Origin: Candidatus Latescibacterota bacterium | GTDB taxonomy: Bacteria > Latescibacterota > UBA2968 > GCA-2709665 | Direction: 5' to 3' | Assembly (NCBI GenBank): GCA_965219455.1 | Contig: OZ244744.1 | Location: forward strand, 3,648,001-3,712,000 | Length of the DNA stretch: 64,000 nt | In this document: one piece after another, positions 20,201-28,742 of the stretch | Numbering within the stretch: position 1 is the first letter of the stretch | Layout: the number at the start of each line of letters is the position of its first letter | Notes under the pieces: model-generated | What the model was told of the DNA's origin: nothing | Database searches by the model: none | The model's input: only the letters and a program-made list of their open reading frames with translations | Translations under genes and position numbers: made by a program

Positions 20201-20310
20201 TGAAGAATCCCACGCCGAACGACACCAACTATCTGAAGTACGGCGACTCGAACTTCAGACGAGGCGGCACGCCGCGGTACGTGAACATGGGGTTGCGGAT
20301 CGGCTTCTAG
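17248..20310 (+). CDS. TonB-dependent receptor with CarboxypepD_reg-like N-terminal domain
   Basis: GKITGQVTDADGGALPGANVVVEGT; plug-like region ending GVVNIISREG; GLRFD, LSPRIGLSHPIT, VEVFNLFN, PRYVNMGLRIGF with terminal Phe. Confidence 0.9.
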   Translation: MRRELVVLGTIAVLSLLVGQARSQTFYGKITGQVTDADGGALPGANVVVEGTRFGATSDNEGYYIIIGVEPGLYTLKASMVGYETVVRERARVAAGLTTVSDFTLRESALEAAEIVVRAERPLVEVDRTSSEAKISSQEIAQVPIIRGVKEHLQYAVGTNVNDSPGNGVRIRHMSYYSMRAAQTWTFDGIELMNLDTSQQTAPRQYTNLPVTAVGEMGLVRGGADASQASSPAGVVNIISREGTRIYRGGVDLRVEMPGKRHRGSNVYDATPGQRGGANGYWRDRLQWNNSEWVNEKDPDTGQLIHVKQDYESSVGHLVEGWVTGPLGENATFVVSGKTSRAKQNLPAPTLTGLRQHSIFGKISFTPSPNLKVKVGFNQSNEPTFFGDANRSVGGNLFLINGTTGYQQNRVNRIFYVTGTQSINPRMFHEFQVGFYGTKTDPGEVVPSTTTSWRRDKLGQFNLDRDRRRIVVEDNRRYNFRYDFTGQLTRRNLFKAGFVFQNMNNLNWDYNRSSATNATIKIMAGNSEPGKRYMVNRLAAYIDEKLEFQGLVVHAGLRFDSFWGGPERTLSGFMKALPGWRTYKAWRTGRVPLAQTRPMTSLSPRIGLSHPITDRSTVRYSYGVYYKPPHFSLLWLEPWATSDAENHPELDDVWFDLNWIGGGQWRLDGGYQDPGGLPNTAEFEVTGEWNFISDFVVELSTYYRRTERVGSGGVHRFQDPVQTLTYVGHRGPNARLETKGIEMGFTKAFSHNFSFRVGLDVSWALFNWSGGSQLQVWTYPDSNYIASSNYFTVDANDEIVRLTDDEIRTIGHRANEVLRKKRQEGTTFVGAWGTNRIDAIRPWYEYPGLSESEKQDMQNLWFADVWRQVDAFRGQPPTTNASFQFLWSTPMDWGPGGDVGGARILGGIQANVVWRLDNGRQFQITLPGTSVQTARNRPVFVRTDLNFQKSFRIGTTTPTMYVEVFNLFNTFYDPSSGSSYVRWGLKNPTPNDTNYLKYGDSNFRRGGTPRYVNMGLRIGF

Positions 20311-20371
20311 AGATGGCTACGATGCCGTGGCGGCGCGGCCGCCACGGCACAAACTGGCGGGGAGAAATTCA

Positions 20372-22900
20372 ATGAGACGCATATACTCGTTCACAGGCGC
20401 GCTCCTGATCGCAGGCGTGTTCTGGATTCCGGCCGAGGGTCAGCGCGCGACCTTCACCAACGCGGCCGGTGAATCGCTGACGCCCCGGCACCTCGCGCGC
20501 GGCACCCTCTGGCACAGCTTTCTAAGCACGGGCGCCGAAGGGGCTCGGCCGGTGGAAGGGAACTATGCCGGCCTCTACCTGGATCTGGCCTATCCCGGGT
20601 TCGCGCTGATCAGTTGGGGCGGCGGCGGAACGAACGACTTTTCCTCCTATTACGGGGATCAGCGTAGCGCCGGGAGCATGCACGTCGACCTCACGTCGCA
20701 CAACGGCCGCGGCCATGGGTGGTGGATCGCCACGAAGGTGAACGGCCAGGCCGAGGTGAGTTGGGCCGATCCCCTCATCGCGGCGATGGAGGAAAGCGAA
20801 GACGTGGTGGCGATGGCGGTGGATCCCGGCGTGGACTTCAAGGGCCGGTACGCGGGGCTGGGCAACGACGTGGTCAGCCCTAATTCGGGGCGTTCGATGG
20901 CCAACTGGTGGCCCGGTACCGGGGTCGAACTGGATGCGCTGGAACCCAGGGAAATTCTGAACTACCGCATCGGCCAGTACAACGACGTTTCTGTTGACAA
21001 CTTTCCGGAAGACATTGTTCTGAGCAAGTGGACCACCGGGCTGGGCATCACCGGAGAAAAAGCGGCCTTTGCGTGGAACCACCCGGACTACGACGATTTC
21101 GTGATCACCGAGTGGGTGTTCGAAAATACCGGCGATACCGACGGCGACCGGGCGGCTGACCTTGCGGGCGGCGGGCACAATCTCAGCAACGTCTATTTTT
21201 CGTTCCACCACCGCTTCATGACGTCTTCCGCGGGCGTCTCCCGGACGAGCTACAGGGCTTATTATTCCGACTACGGCACGGGAGACGGTTGCAGCAGCAA
21301 TTTCGGACCCCTGGACAATTCCCAGGACGACAAGATCAAGTATACCGAAGCACCGAATTACGACGGTCCGGCCTCTGCCCGCGGCCTGCGGCTGACCTAC
21401 CAGTACGACTGGGACAATTTCTGCCTTACCGGGCCGCTGTCCGACGATATCGGCGACCCGTATCGCTCCGAACACAGGTGCGCCCAGTGCACCTTCCCGA
21501 GCCTGACCGGCGTTGGGGACCTGACGTCCCCCGCCTGGATCGGCAAGGCCCCCATCGACGTGGATCCGACGGACGGGTTCGTGGGCGATCCTGAGGTCTA
21601 CGAGGCGCCGAAGGTGGCGGAACAGCCATTCTCGTACAATTTCTTCCATTTCCTGTACCGATATCCGTCCAGTGCGTCGGATGCCGTCGGGTTCCTTACG
21701 GACGAACCGAACCCGAACGAGATGAACCATGAAACGCTTTACCAGATGCTCGTCAGTACGCCGGAACCGTCGTATTTCGACCAGCCGCTTCTGGAGCGTC
21801 CGAGCCGGGGGTCCGGCAACCCCAACCTGGGCGTGCCGCTGCTGCCGGTTCCGGACGTCCCGGTAGGCCCCATGCCGTATATGCCGATCCCCGCGTGGGA
21901 GTGGGAGGGGCGGCACGGGATCGCCGCGGCCTACACCCCCGTGGAAACCTACGGCCCCTACGATCTGGCGCCTGGCCAGAAGGTGAAGTTCGTGTTCGCC
22001 TACGTCGCGGCGGCTCCCGTTACGGAGAATTTCCGGGCTTTCCAGAAGTCGGGAGACAGCAGCGAACTCAAGAAGGAAGAGAATGGGGTCGCGTTCACCA
22101 ACCTGCTCAACCACCTGAATAAGGCCAAGGAGGCCTACGCGCTGGGTTACGACCTGCCCAATCAGCCTCCCGACGTGGACGCTATGGTGACTTCCTCGGA
22201 GAACGCGCGAAACCTCATCACCTGGAGCGGCGATCCCGAGAAGTCGATCAATCCGGATACCGGCCAGTCCGACGTGGCGGGCTACCGGGTGTACCAGTCC
22301 GAGACGCAGCCCGGGATCTGGAAGCTCATCGAGGACGTATCGGCTACAGGCGCGCAGGACTACGCGTATGAGGATACGGAATCGCTCGCCGGATTTCAGT
22401 ACTACTACGCCGTGCGTTCCTACCAGGGCAGCGGTAACACCGGATTCGCCAGCCGCGTAACCGGCGCCACGGTGGAGGGAGGGGTCGGGGCCTACGAGTC
22501 GGGCATCGGAGACGTTTCCACCTACTATCTGCCCCCCTCGGGGTCGGCGCCAGACAGCCCGGTGCAGGTGCCCACGGCAAGCGCGGACCGGCTGGAAAAG
22601 GACATCCTCATTGTGCCGAATCCCTACATCCCCAAGGCGCCGCACAGCTACGAGGGCTCAACCAAGATCCGCATCCTGAACGTTCCGAGGAAGGCGAAGA
22701 TCAGAATCTTCTCCGTGGCCGGCGACCTGGTGGGCGAGGTGGACCACGATTCGCAGACAGAGGGTGAGGCCGCCTTCTTCCAGTTCAACAGAACGCATAT
22801 CACGCAGTTGACCTTCGGCGTCTACTTTGTCACCGTCGAGTCCCTGTTGCCGGGGACCGAGGGCCAGGTGAAGGGCGCCAAGCTGGTCATCATTCGTTAA
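20372..22900 (+). CDS. Large secreted protein with FN3-like module and T9SS-type (FlgD-Ig-like) C-terminal sorting domain
   Basis: Signal peptide; ITWS...GYRVY...YEDT...YYYAVRSY; IVPNPY...IRIFSVAGDLV...GVYFVTVES...KLVIIR. Start after GGAG at 20372. Confidence 0.78.
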   Translation: MRRIYSFTGALLIAGVFWIPAEGQRATFTNAAGESLTPRHLARGTLWHSFLSTGAEGARPVEGNYAGLYLDLAYPGFALISWGGGGTNDFSSYYGDQRSAGSMHVDLTSHNGRGHGWWIATKVNGQAEVSWADPLIAAMEESEDVVAMAVDPGVDFKGRYAGLGNDVVSPNSGRSMANWWPGTGVELDALEPREILNYRIGQYNDVSVDNFPEDIVLSKWTTGLGITGEKAAFAWNHPDYDDFVITEWVFENTGDTDGDRAADLAGGGHNLSNVYFSFHHRFMTSSAGVSRTSYRAYYSDYGTGDGCSSNFGPLDNSQDDKIKYTEAPNYDGPASARGLRLTYQYDWDNFCLTGPLSDDIGDPYRSEHRCAQCTFPSLTGVGDLTSPAWIGKAPIDVDPTDGFVGDPEVYEAPKVAEQPFSYNFFHFLYRYPSSASDAVGFLTDEPNPNEMNHETLYQMLVSTPEPSYFDQPLLERPSRGSGNPNLGVPLLPVPDVPVGPMPYMPIPAWEWEGRHGIAAAYTPVETYGPYDLAPGQKVKFVFAYVAAAPVTENFRAFQKSGDSSELKKEENGVAFTNLLNHLNKAKEAYALGYDLPNQPPDVDAMVTSSENARNLITWSGDPEKSINPDTGQSDVAGYRVYQSETQPGIWKLIEDVSATGAQDYAYEDTESLAGFQYYYAVRSYQGSGNTGFASRVTGATVEGGVGAYESGIGDVSTYYLPPSGSAPDSPVQVPTASADRLEKDILIVPNPYIPKAPHSYEGSTKIRILNVPRKAKIRIFSVAGDLVGEVDHDSQTEGEAAFFQFNRTHITQLTFGVYFVTVESLLPGTEGQVKGAKLVIIR

Positions 22901-22910
22901 GGAGGTCGCC

Positions 22911-23885
22911 ATGAGGCGCATTTATAAGATCGGATTTACGGCGCTCTTCGGCGTCCTCGTTCTCGGCGTCCCGGCGTTGGCCGAAATCTCGAACCAGACC
23001 CCGGTGGGCGAGACCTACGCAGCCTTCCTGGAGATCTCCCAAAGCGCACGCGCCGCCGGGATGGGAGACGCCTACGTGGCCGTGGCAGACGACATCAATG
23101 CAGCGTTCTGGAATCCGGCCGGGCTCACGGCCATGGCGCGCAACCGGTTTCAATTCGCCTTCACCAACACGAAGTGGCTCCTGGATTCCCAATTGAACTC
23201 CGTAGCGGTAGGGGTCAATACCGATTACGGCGCCCTGGCACTGAGTCTGGTTGCATTCAACACCGGCGATATCGAGGAGACGACCATATTCGATCCCGAG
23301 GGAACGGGCCGGATTCTGGACACCGGAAGCTGGGCCCTGGGCGGACTCTATGCCAAGCAGTTTACAGAGCGTTTCTCCGTGGGGTTTCAGGCGCGGGTGA
23401 TCGAGGAAAAGCTCGACAGGGGCTACGACTACCGCGTTTTCGACCTGGCGGTCGGGACCTTCTACCATACCGGCTACCGAAGCCTGCGTATCGGCATGTC
23501 GTTGCGCAACTTCGGAAAGGACCTTGTGCTCCTGACGGACGAGGCCATCAAGGGTAAGATGCCCGTCTTCTTCAGCCTGGCGACGGCTGCGGAGGTGTAC
23601 GGAGAACGCGGCGAGGACGTCTCGCTCACCGGAGCGCTCGAAGCACTCTACAGCGTGAGCGTCGAGCGGCGGGTGCACGCGGGTGCCGAACTCTGGCTGC
23701 GGAACATCGTTGCGCTTCGGGCCGGGTACAAGCTGGGGTACGACGCTCAGGACTTTACAGCCGGGGCGGGGGTACGGCTGCAGCGGGGCATACACCACGT
23801 GCAGGCGGACTTCGCCTTCGTTAAGTTCGACAAATTTCCCGACAACGGTACGACCCTGCGGTTCTCGGTGACAGGATCGTTCTGA
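22911..23885 (+). CDS. porV: PorV/PorQ family outer-membrane protein
   Basis: FLEISQSARAAGMGDAYVAVADDINAAFWNPAGL; IGMSLRNFG; ALRAGY; terminal Phe; AAGGAGG RBS. Confidence 0.85.
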   Translation: MRRIYKIGFTALFGVLVLGVPALAEISNQTPVGETYAAFLEISQSARAAGMGDAYVAVADDINAAFWNPAGLTAMARNRFQFAFTNTKWLLDSQLNSVAVGVNTDYGALALSLVAFNTGDIEETTIFDPEGTGRILDTGSWALGGLYAKQFTERFSVGFQARVIEEKLDRGYDYRVFDLAVGTFYHTGYRSLRIGMSLRNFGKDLVLLTDEAIKGKMPVFFSLATAAEVYGERGEDVSLTGALEALYSVSVERRVHAGAELWLRNIVALRAGYKLGYDAQDFTAGAGVRLQRGIHHVQADFAFVKFDKFPDNGTTLRFSVTGSF

Positions 23886-23914
23886 TTTCGGGGAAGCGCA
23901 ATTGGATGGAACCC

Positions 23915-23950
23915 GTTAGGCGGCTTCTGAGAGCGACAGGGCCGCCTAAC
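23915..23950 (+). terminator. Strong intergenic hairpin (terminator or RNA-stabilising stem)
   Basis: GTTAGGCGGC...GCCGCCTAAC perfect 10-bp inverted repeat, extendable with G-U pairs; only a weak U-tail (TGTTT). Confidence 0.4.
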
Positions 23951-23974
23951 TGTTTACGGAGGATATGAGGGCAA

Positions 23975-26746
23975 ATGAAGCACCCAGAGCGGCTGCTTGT
24001 GCGCCTTCTGTTGGGCGGCGCGCTGATCGTCGCCGGTCCCTGGCCGGATACAGCCGGGGCTGCCGGGAAGCCCCTGTCCGAATTGGATGCCGTGTACGCG
24101 CGAGGCCTGAAGGCCCGGGACGTGCCAACCGTGGTGGCGGCGGCGAAGGCGTTGGAGAGCGCACTGATCGACCATTCGGACCATGCCGGATTTCTGCTGA
24201 ACCGGGTCGGTATGCTCTATCTGCGGGTGGGGTGGGCGCGCGACGCGCGCTCGGCGTTTCAACGTGCGGTCGGATTCGACCCGAAACTGGCCACGGCGCA
24301 TTGCGGCCTGGGCAGGGTGGCCCTCGAACTGGAGGGAGACGCGGCCGGGGCGCTGCCGCATCTGGAAGCGGCGCTGCGAGCCGACTCCACGTATTCCTGG
24401 ACGTACACCTATATGCCCCGGGCACTCGAGCAAATCGGCCGGGCGCACCTGAAAGCAGGTGCCGCTGACAGCGCCCGGGCCGTGTTTGTACGCGCGGTTG
24501 AATTCGATCCCGGGCTGGCCGCGGCGCATTGTGGTCTGGGCAGGGTCGCCCTCGAACTGGAGGGAGACGCTGCGGGCGCCCTGCCCCATCTGGAGGCGGC
24601 GCTGCGGGCCGACTCCACCTATGCGCAGGCGCACTATTTCCTTGCCCGCGTCTGCCTGGAAACCGGGCGCCCCGGGGCGAGGCAGGCCGCGGACCGGGCG
24701 CTTCAATACGACTCCCGGATTGCACCGGCCCACCTGCTGCTGGCCGAGTCGCATCACGAGGAGGGCAACCTGCAGGCCGCGATGGTCTACTTTGAGAAAT
24801 ACCTGGAACTGAAGCCGGCGGAACAGACGGCGGCGTTGGCCTTTGCACGTGAATTGCTGAAAAAAGAGAAATTCAAAGAGGTCGAGACCCTCACCTCACT
24901 CATGACAAATGACCTCGCGCTGCCGCTGCTGGCGCAGGCGCTGATGGCGCGAGGCAACTACGAAGGCGCGCTCCGGGCGTTCAAGATCTACATCGAAAGC
25001 CTGGATCCGGAAGAACAGGCACTCTACCGGGATGTGTCATTGGTGGGTCTGCCGCACGAAATCGAAGCGTATCGCGCAACCCCCCCTGACAAGAGGGGCG
25101 TGTTTCTGCAGCGCTTCTGGCTCCGCCACGACCCGTTCAAGGCCTCACGCGGCGCGATGCGTCGCGCCGAGCACCACCGGCGGGTGTGGCACGCCCGAAC
25201 GAAGTATGGTGAGCTGAAGTGGCCCTGGGACCGCCGCGGGGAGGTGTACATCCGGTACGGCGAACCGGACTACCGGTCCTCTTCGCTGGAGCCGAATCCA
25301 AACGTGCCTCCCGCGGTCGAAAGCGTACAGGACAATATGGCCTACCAGCTTTATGGCGCCCAGGGGGTGGGCATCAGCTTTGTGGGGCCCGTTTTCCCAA
25401 TCCGCACGGATCTGGGTTTTTTTCTGGAGCCCAGCGAAGACCTCCGGCGCGACATGCAGATGGCGGCGATCGAAGAACTCAACCTGGCCGTATTGCCGCC
25501 GGAACAGGCCGCCGCGGGCGCCGCGGGAAATCCCGCTGCAGCGCCGCGGGAACTGGTGGATCTGGAAGAATCTCCCATCCAGGCGGGTATTGATCTGGAT
25601 CCGGAATTCGCCATTGGCCTGAGCGGATGGAAGCCGGTCACGACGGGGCACAATTGGGCGTCCGTGCCATGGGAGGTATGGGTGTATGCCGGCGTGGGAA
25701 AAGGTCTGGAGGTGGCGTTCACGGATGAACAGAATTCCGGCATGTACGATTTTGCGCCGGTGCCGGGCGTGAACAGCCAGGATCTCAAGAACCTGGATAG
25801 AGACCCCCACGTGGGACAGATGGCCTACCTGCGCCTGATGCAGCGGCTCACGGAACTCGCCCCTTCAACCCGGGTTGCGTCGGTGGCGAGGGAGGAACCA
25901 GAGCGCTTTAGCCTGACGGGTTTCGAGCCGCTCGACTTCAGCTACGACGTGGTCACGTTCCGCGGAAAGAAGGCCGGTACCGAGGTCCAGGTAAACGTGG
26001 GCATTCCCATCGAGCACGTCGCCATGCCCGGGGATACGGACGCCGACGTACTGGTCAATCGGAAGGTGGCGCTGATGGACGGCCGGTACACAAAGGTGTT
26101 GTCCTTACAGCAGGATCTGGAAGTGCCGGTCTCGGGGCGGCGGCGTGACCGTGCGCTCCTGGACCGGGTGGATCTCCTGGATGTTCTGCCGGGAGCATAC
26201 GAACTGGCCGTGCAGGTTCAGCGCCACAACACGAATCGTCTCCAGGCTTACTCGCAGAAGCTGTCCGTGGAAGACTACTCAGGGGAACGGCTGAAGCTGA
26301 GCGATCTGTTCGTCGCCCGGCAGGTGGAGGTGGCAATGCCCGGGTCCGACCCCAGGTTCGTCCGCGGGAAATGGAATATCACACCGTTGCCTTCGCATGT
26401 ATTTAACACGGGGCAGCACGTGTTTATCTTTTTCGAAATCTACAACCTCTCGCAGGACGAGTTCGGGGCCACGCGCTACGAGGTGGCCTACGAGGTTTAC
26501 AGCACCGACGAATCCGGGACCAGCCTTTCCCGCGTGAAGACGAGGGTTCTGGGTCGGTCGGAATCGGCGGTAACGGTACGGTACGAACAGACCGGCACCG
26601 AGGCGTCGGTTTCTGACTACGTGGCGCTGGACATCGGGGAGGCCGCCCCGGGGCGCCGCAGGGTCCGGATGACCGTGAAGGACCTGGACAGCGGGCAGCA
26701 GGCGACCAGGGAAGGCCTGTTCTGGGTGAGGGAGGCAAGCCAATAA
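23975..26746 (+). CDS. TPR-containing GWxTD-domain-like protein
   Basis: Signal peptide and TPRs; FLQRFWLRHDP...EHHRRV..A...WDRRGEVYIRYGEPD; C-terminal KLSDL...FIFFEIYNL beta-sandwich. Confidence 0.82.
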   Translation: MKHPERLLVRLLLGGALIVAGPWPDTAGAAGKPLSELDAVYARGLKARDVPTVVAAAKALESALIDHSDHAGFLLNRVGMLYLRVGWARDARSAFQRAVGFDPKLATAHCGLGRVALELEGDAAGALPHLEAALRADSTYSWTYTYMPRALEQIGRAHLKAGAADSARAVFVRAVEFDPGLAAAHCGLGRVALELEGDAAGALPHLEAALRADSTYAQAHYFLARVCLETGRPGARQAADRALQYDSRIAPAHLLLAESHHEEGNLQAAMVYFEKYLELKPAEQTAALAFARELLKKEKFKEVETLTSLMTNDLALPLLAQALMARGNYEGALRAFKIYIESLDPEEQALYRDVSLVGLPHEIEAYRATPPDKRGVFLQRFWLRHDPFKASRGAMRRAEHHRRVWHARTKYGELKWPWDRRGEVYIRYGEPDYRSSSLEPNPNVPPAVESVQDNMAYQLYGAQGVGISFVGPVFPIRTDLGFFLEPSEDLRRDMQMAAIEELNLAVLPPEQAAAGAAGNPAAAPRELVDLEESPIQAGIDLDPEFAIGLSGWKPVTTGHNWASVPWEVWVYAGVGKGLEVAFTDEQNSGMYDFAPVPGVNSQDLKNLDRDPHVGQMAYLRLMQRLTELAPSTRVASVAREEPERFSLTGFEPLDFSYDVVTFRGKKAGTEVQVNVGIPIEHVAMPGDTDADVLVNRKVALMDGRYTKVLSLQQDLEVPVSGRRRDRALLDRVDLLDVLPGAYELAVQVQRHNTNRLQAYSQKLSVEDYSGERLKLSDLFVARQVEVAMPGSDPRFVRGKWNITPLPSHVFNTGQHVFIFFEIYNLSQDEFGATRYEVAYEVYSTDESGTSLSRVKTRVLGRSESAVTVRYEQTGTEASVSDYVALDIGEAAPGRRRVRMTVKDLDSGQQATREGLFWVREASQ
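24275..24622 (+). repeat. Internal direct repeat of ~120 bp (24275-24394 and 24503-24622) encoding duplicated TPRs
   Basis: Both copies encode AHCGLGRVALELEGDAAGALPHLEAALRADSTY; offset 228 bp. Confidence 0.85.
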
Positions 26747-26825
26747 TTGGCAATGATATCCAGGGGCGCGTGAGGGTCCGGATCTGACGGATATCGTCTC
26801 CAGCCTGAAGGAGGAAGGTAGCGAG

Positions 26826-27701
26826 ATGCCTGAGGATGTGATGAAAATGTTGCGCGAGGACGTTGTCCTTTGCGACGGAGGTATGATTCTGGAAGCAAGG
26901 TGGCGCGGGTACGACACCCCCAGTGCGATTGTGGAGCATCCGGACGCCATCCGGCAGATCCACAGGGATTTCTTCAATGCCGGCTCTCAGGTGCTTGAAG
27001 CAGTGACGTGGTTTACCTCCCGTTCCCAGTTGGATCGGAGTTTTGGTTGGAGCCAGAGGCTGGGCGAAGTAAACCGGACGGGTGTGCGACTGGCAAAGGA
27101 GGCGTCCGGTGGCGAGGCGCCGGTGGGGGGATGCCTGGTATCCACCAGGACCGGGTCGTGGGAGGGCGATCCGATTTTCGATCCGGAAGTCCCGTCCTCC
27201 AGAGACCGGGCGAAGGCGGAGTGGGACGAACAGATCGCCATTCTGGTGGAGGCGGGTGCGGATTTCCTGGTTCCGGAGACGTTTCACCGCCTTGACGAGG
27301 TGCTGGTGTGCCTGGAATGTTGCAAGAAGACGAGTGTTCCGACCATGGTATTCATGGGCATGGGCCGCGCGACGCAGGACGGCGCCACGGCGGCGGCGTG
27401 CGCTCGCGTTCTGGCCGGGCAGGGTGCCGACGTGGTGGGTCTGGTATGCAACGGAACGCCCGAAGGGATGTTGAATCTCGCAGTGGAGATGCGTGAGGCG
27501 GTGGACGTGCCCGTTGGCTGGCAGCCCAATGGTTTTGGATCTGGCGGAAAGGATACACGCGTTCCGCTGGACGTGATGGCCGATTGTGCGGTAAAGGCGA
27601 AGGCCGAAGGGATCAATCTCATCGGCGCCTGCTGCGGGTCGGGCCCGAACACCATCAGGGCGATGGCGCGGGCATTGGGACGCACGCCCGACGCGGCCTG
27701 A
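26826..27701 (+). CDS. Homocysteine S-methyltransferase family (BHMT-like), copy 1
   Basis: LCDGGM, EHPDAIRQIHRDFFNAG, GADFLVPET; Zn ligands in GLVC and IGACCG. Confidence 0.88.
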   Translation: MPEDVMKMLREDVVLCDGGMILEARWRGYDTPSAIVEHPDAIRQIHRDFFNAGSQVLEAVTWFTSRSQLDRSFGWSQRLGEVNRTGVRLAKEASGGEAPVGGCLVSTRTGSWEGDPIFDPEVPSSRDRAKAEWDEQIAILVEAGADFLVPETFHRLDEVLVCLECCKKTSVPTMVFMGMGRATQDGATAAACARVLAGQGADVVGLVCNGTPEGMLNLAVEMREAVDVPVGWQPNGFGSGGKDTRVPLDVMADCAVKAKAEGINLIGACCGSGPNTIRAMARALGRTPDAA

Positions 27702-27810
27702 GCCGGGTTTCTCCGAGTCGTCGCATGTGGCTGGTCGGACGGATCGTAGTACCCTGCAAACGCGCGTTGAACGCATGTACGCCGGCCGTGCAGGCAGCGC
27801 GGAGGGTACA

Positions 27811-28521
27811 ATGCCACAACAGCTGCCTCCCAGACCCTGGATAACCGGAAACATCATCCGCACCAGTCGTCCCGAAGCGGACTTGAAGGCGCAGTATCGG
27901 AAGGTCCTCCCCCTGTGCGTCGGGATTTCGCTCGCCCTCCACGCGGCCGTTGCCTTTACTTTCCCAGCCTTCAGGCTCCGCACGCCAGCCTCAGCGAAAC
28001 ATCCGATTCTCATCCAGGTTACCGGGGTACCGGAGACCCGACAGGGCGTGAGGCTACCGACCCTGGCACGGCCGACGGTGCCCCTTGAAACGGACAGCCG
28101 CGACCTGCTGCCCGAAGAGATGACCGTTGCCGCCACCGCGGATCTCGATTTCGACGCGGTGTCCATACGCCTTTCTACGCCTTCGGACACGCTTGTCTCG
28201 GCTCCCTTTAAGGACGAGGAAGTGGATGGGGAGGAGGTCTACCCGGCTCGGTTCGTGGAACGGAAGCCCAAGCTCCTCGAAAAGGTGGATCCGGCGTATC
28301 CGGAAGAGGCGCGGCGGGTCGGCCTGGAGGGTGTCGTCCTGATGGAATTTACCGTGGGAAAGGACGGCCGGGTCAAAGATGGCGTGGTGCTCAAGGGGCA
28401 TGAGCAGTTTCATAAAGCATCGCTGGACGCCCTGGCGGGTTTCCGGTATCTCCCGGGGTACCAGAATCGCGAGGCGGTTGAGGTGCGGATGTTTATCTAT
28501 ATCCGTTTTCAACTCGACTAG
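27811..28521 (+). CDS. tonB: Energy transducer TonB family protein
   Basis: TM segment with SLALH; C-terminal PAYPEEARRVGLEGVVLMEFTVGKDGRV...IRFQL; GGAGGG RBS before 27811. Confidence 0.88.
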   Translation: MPQQLPPRPWITGNIIRTSRPEADLKAQYRKVLPLCVGISLALHAAVAFTFPAFRLRTPASAKHPILIQVTGVPETRQGVRLPTLARPTVPLETDSRDLLPEEMTVAATADLDFDAVSIRLSTPSDTLVSAPFKDEEVDGEEVYPARFVERKPKLLEKVDPAYPEEARRVGLEGVVLMEFTVGKDGRVKDGVVLKGHEQFHKASLDALAGFRYLPGYQNREAVEVRMFIYIRFQLD

Positions 28522-28709
28522 GAAGCTGCTTTAAAACCCCCAGCGGTCTTCGCGCGGCTGCAAAGGCGTCGGCCGGCGTTGGTCAAATCCACCCAAGAGA
28601 GGCGAGGGGCGCGCAGCCTCGATACATTAGATACGGTCGGATCCGCCCGCCTGGACCGACACCTTTTCGCTCGCGCTCGGGAATTCACTTGGGATTTTAA
28701 AACAGCTTC
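28522..28709. mobile_element. MITE-like element, family B (188 bp)
   Basis: Inverted termini GAAGCTGCTTTAAAACCCC ... GGGATTTTAAAACAGCTTC; non-coding; lies directly after the tonB stop codon. Confidence 0.6.
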
Positions 28710-28742
28710 TAAAGTTTGCAAGCCGCCAACGGAGGGACGCAA

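Noticed and set aside
20522-22645. 707-aa antisense ORF, and similar ones at 26424-28190, 28860-30356, 42821-44290 and 45189-46820
   Set aside because: Shadow ORFs opposite well-supported genes, expected in high-GC DNA, with no motifs.
23915-23950. Integron attC site (contains GTTAGGC and GCCTAAC)
   Set aside because: The core sites are in the reverse order for attC, the element is only 36 bp, and there is no integrase or cassette array.
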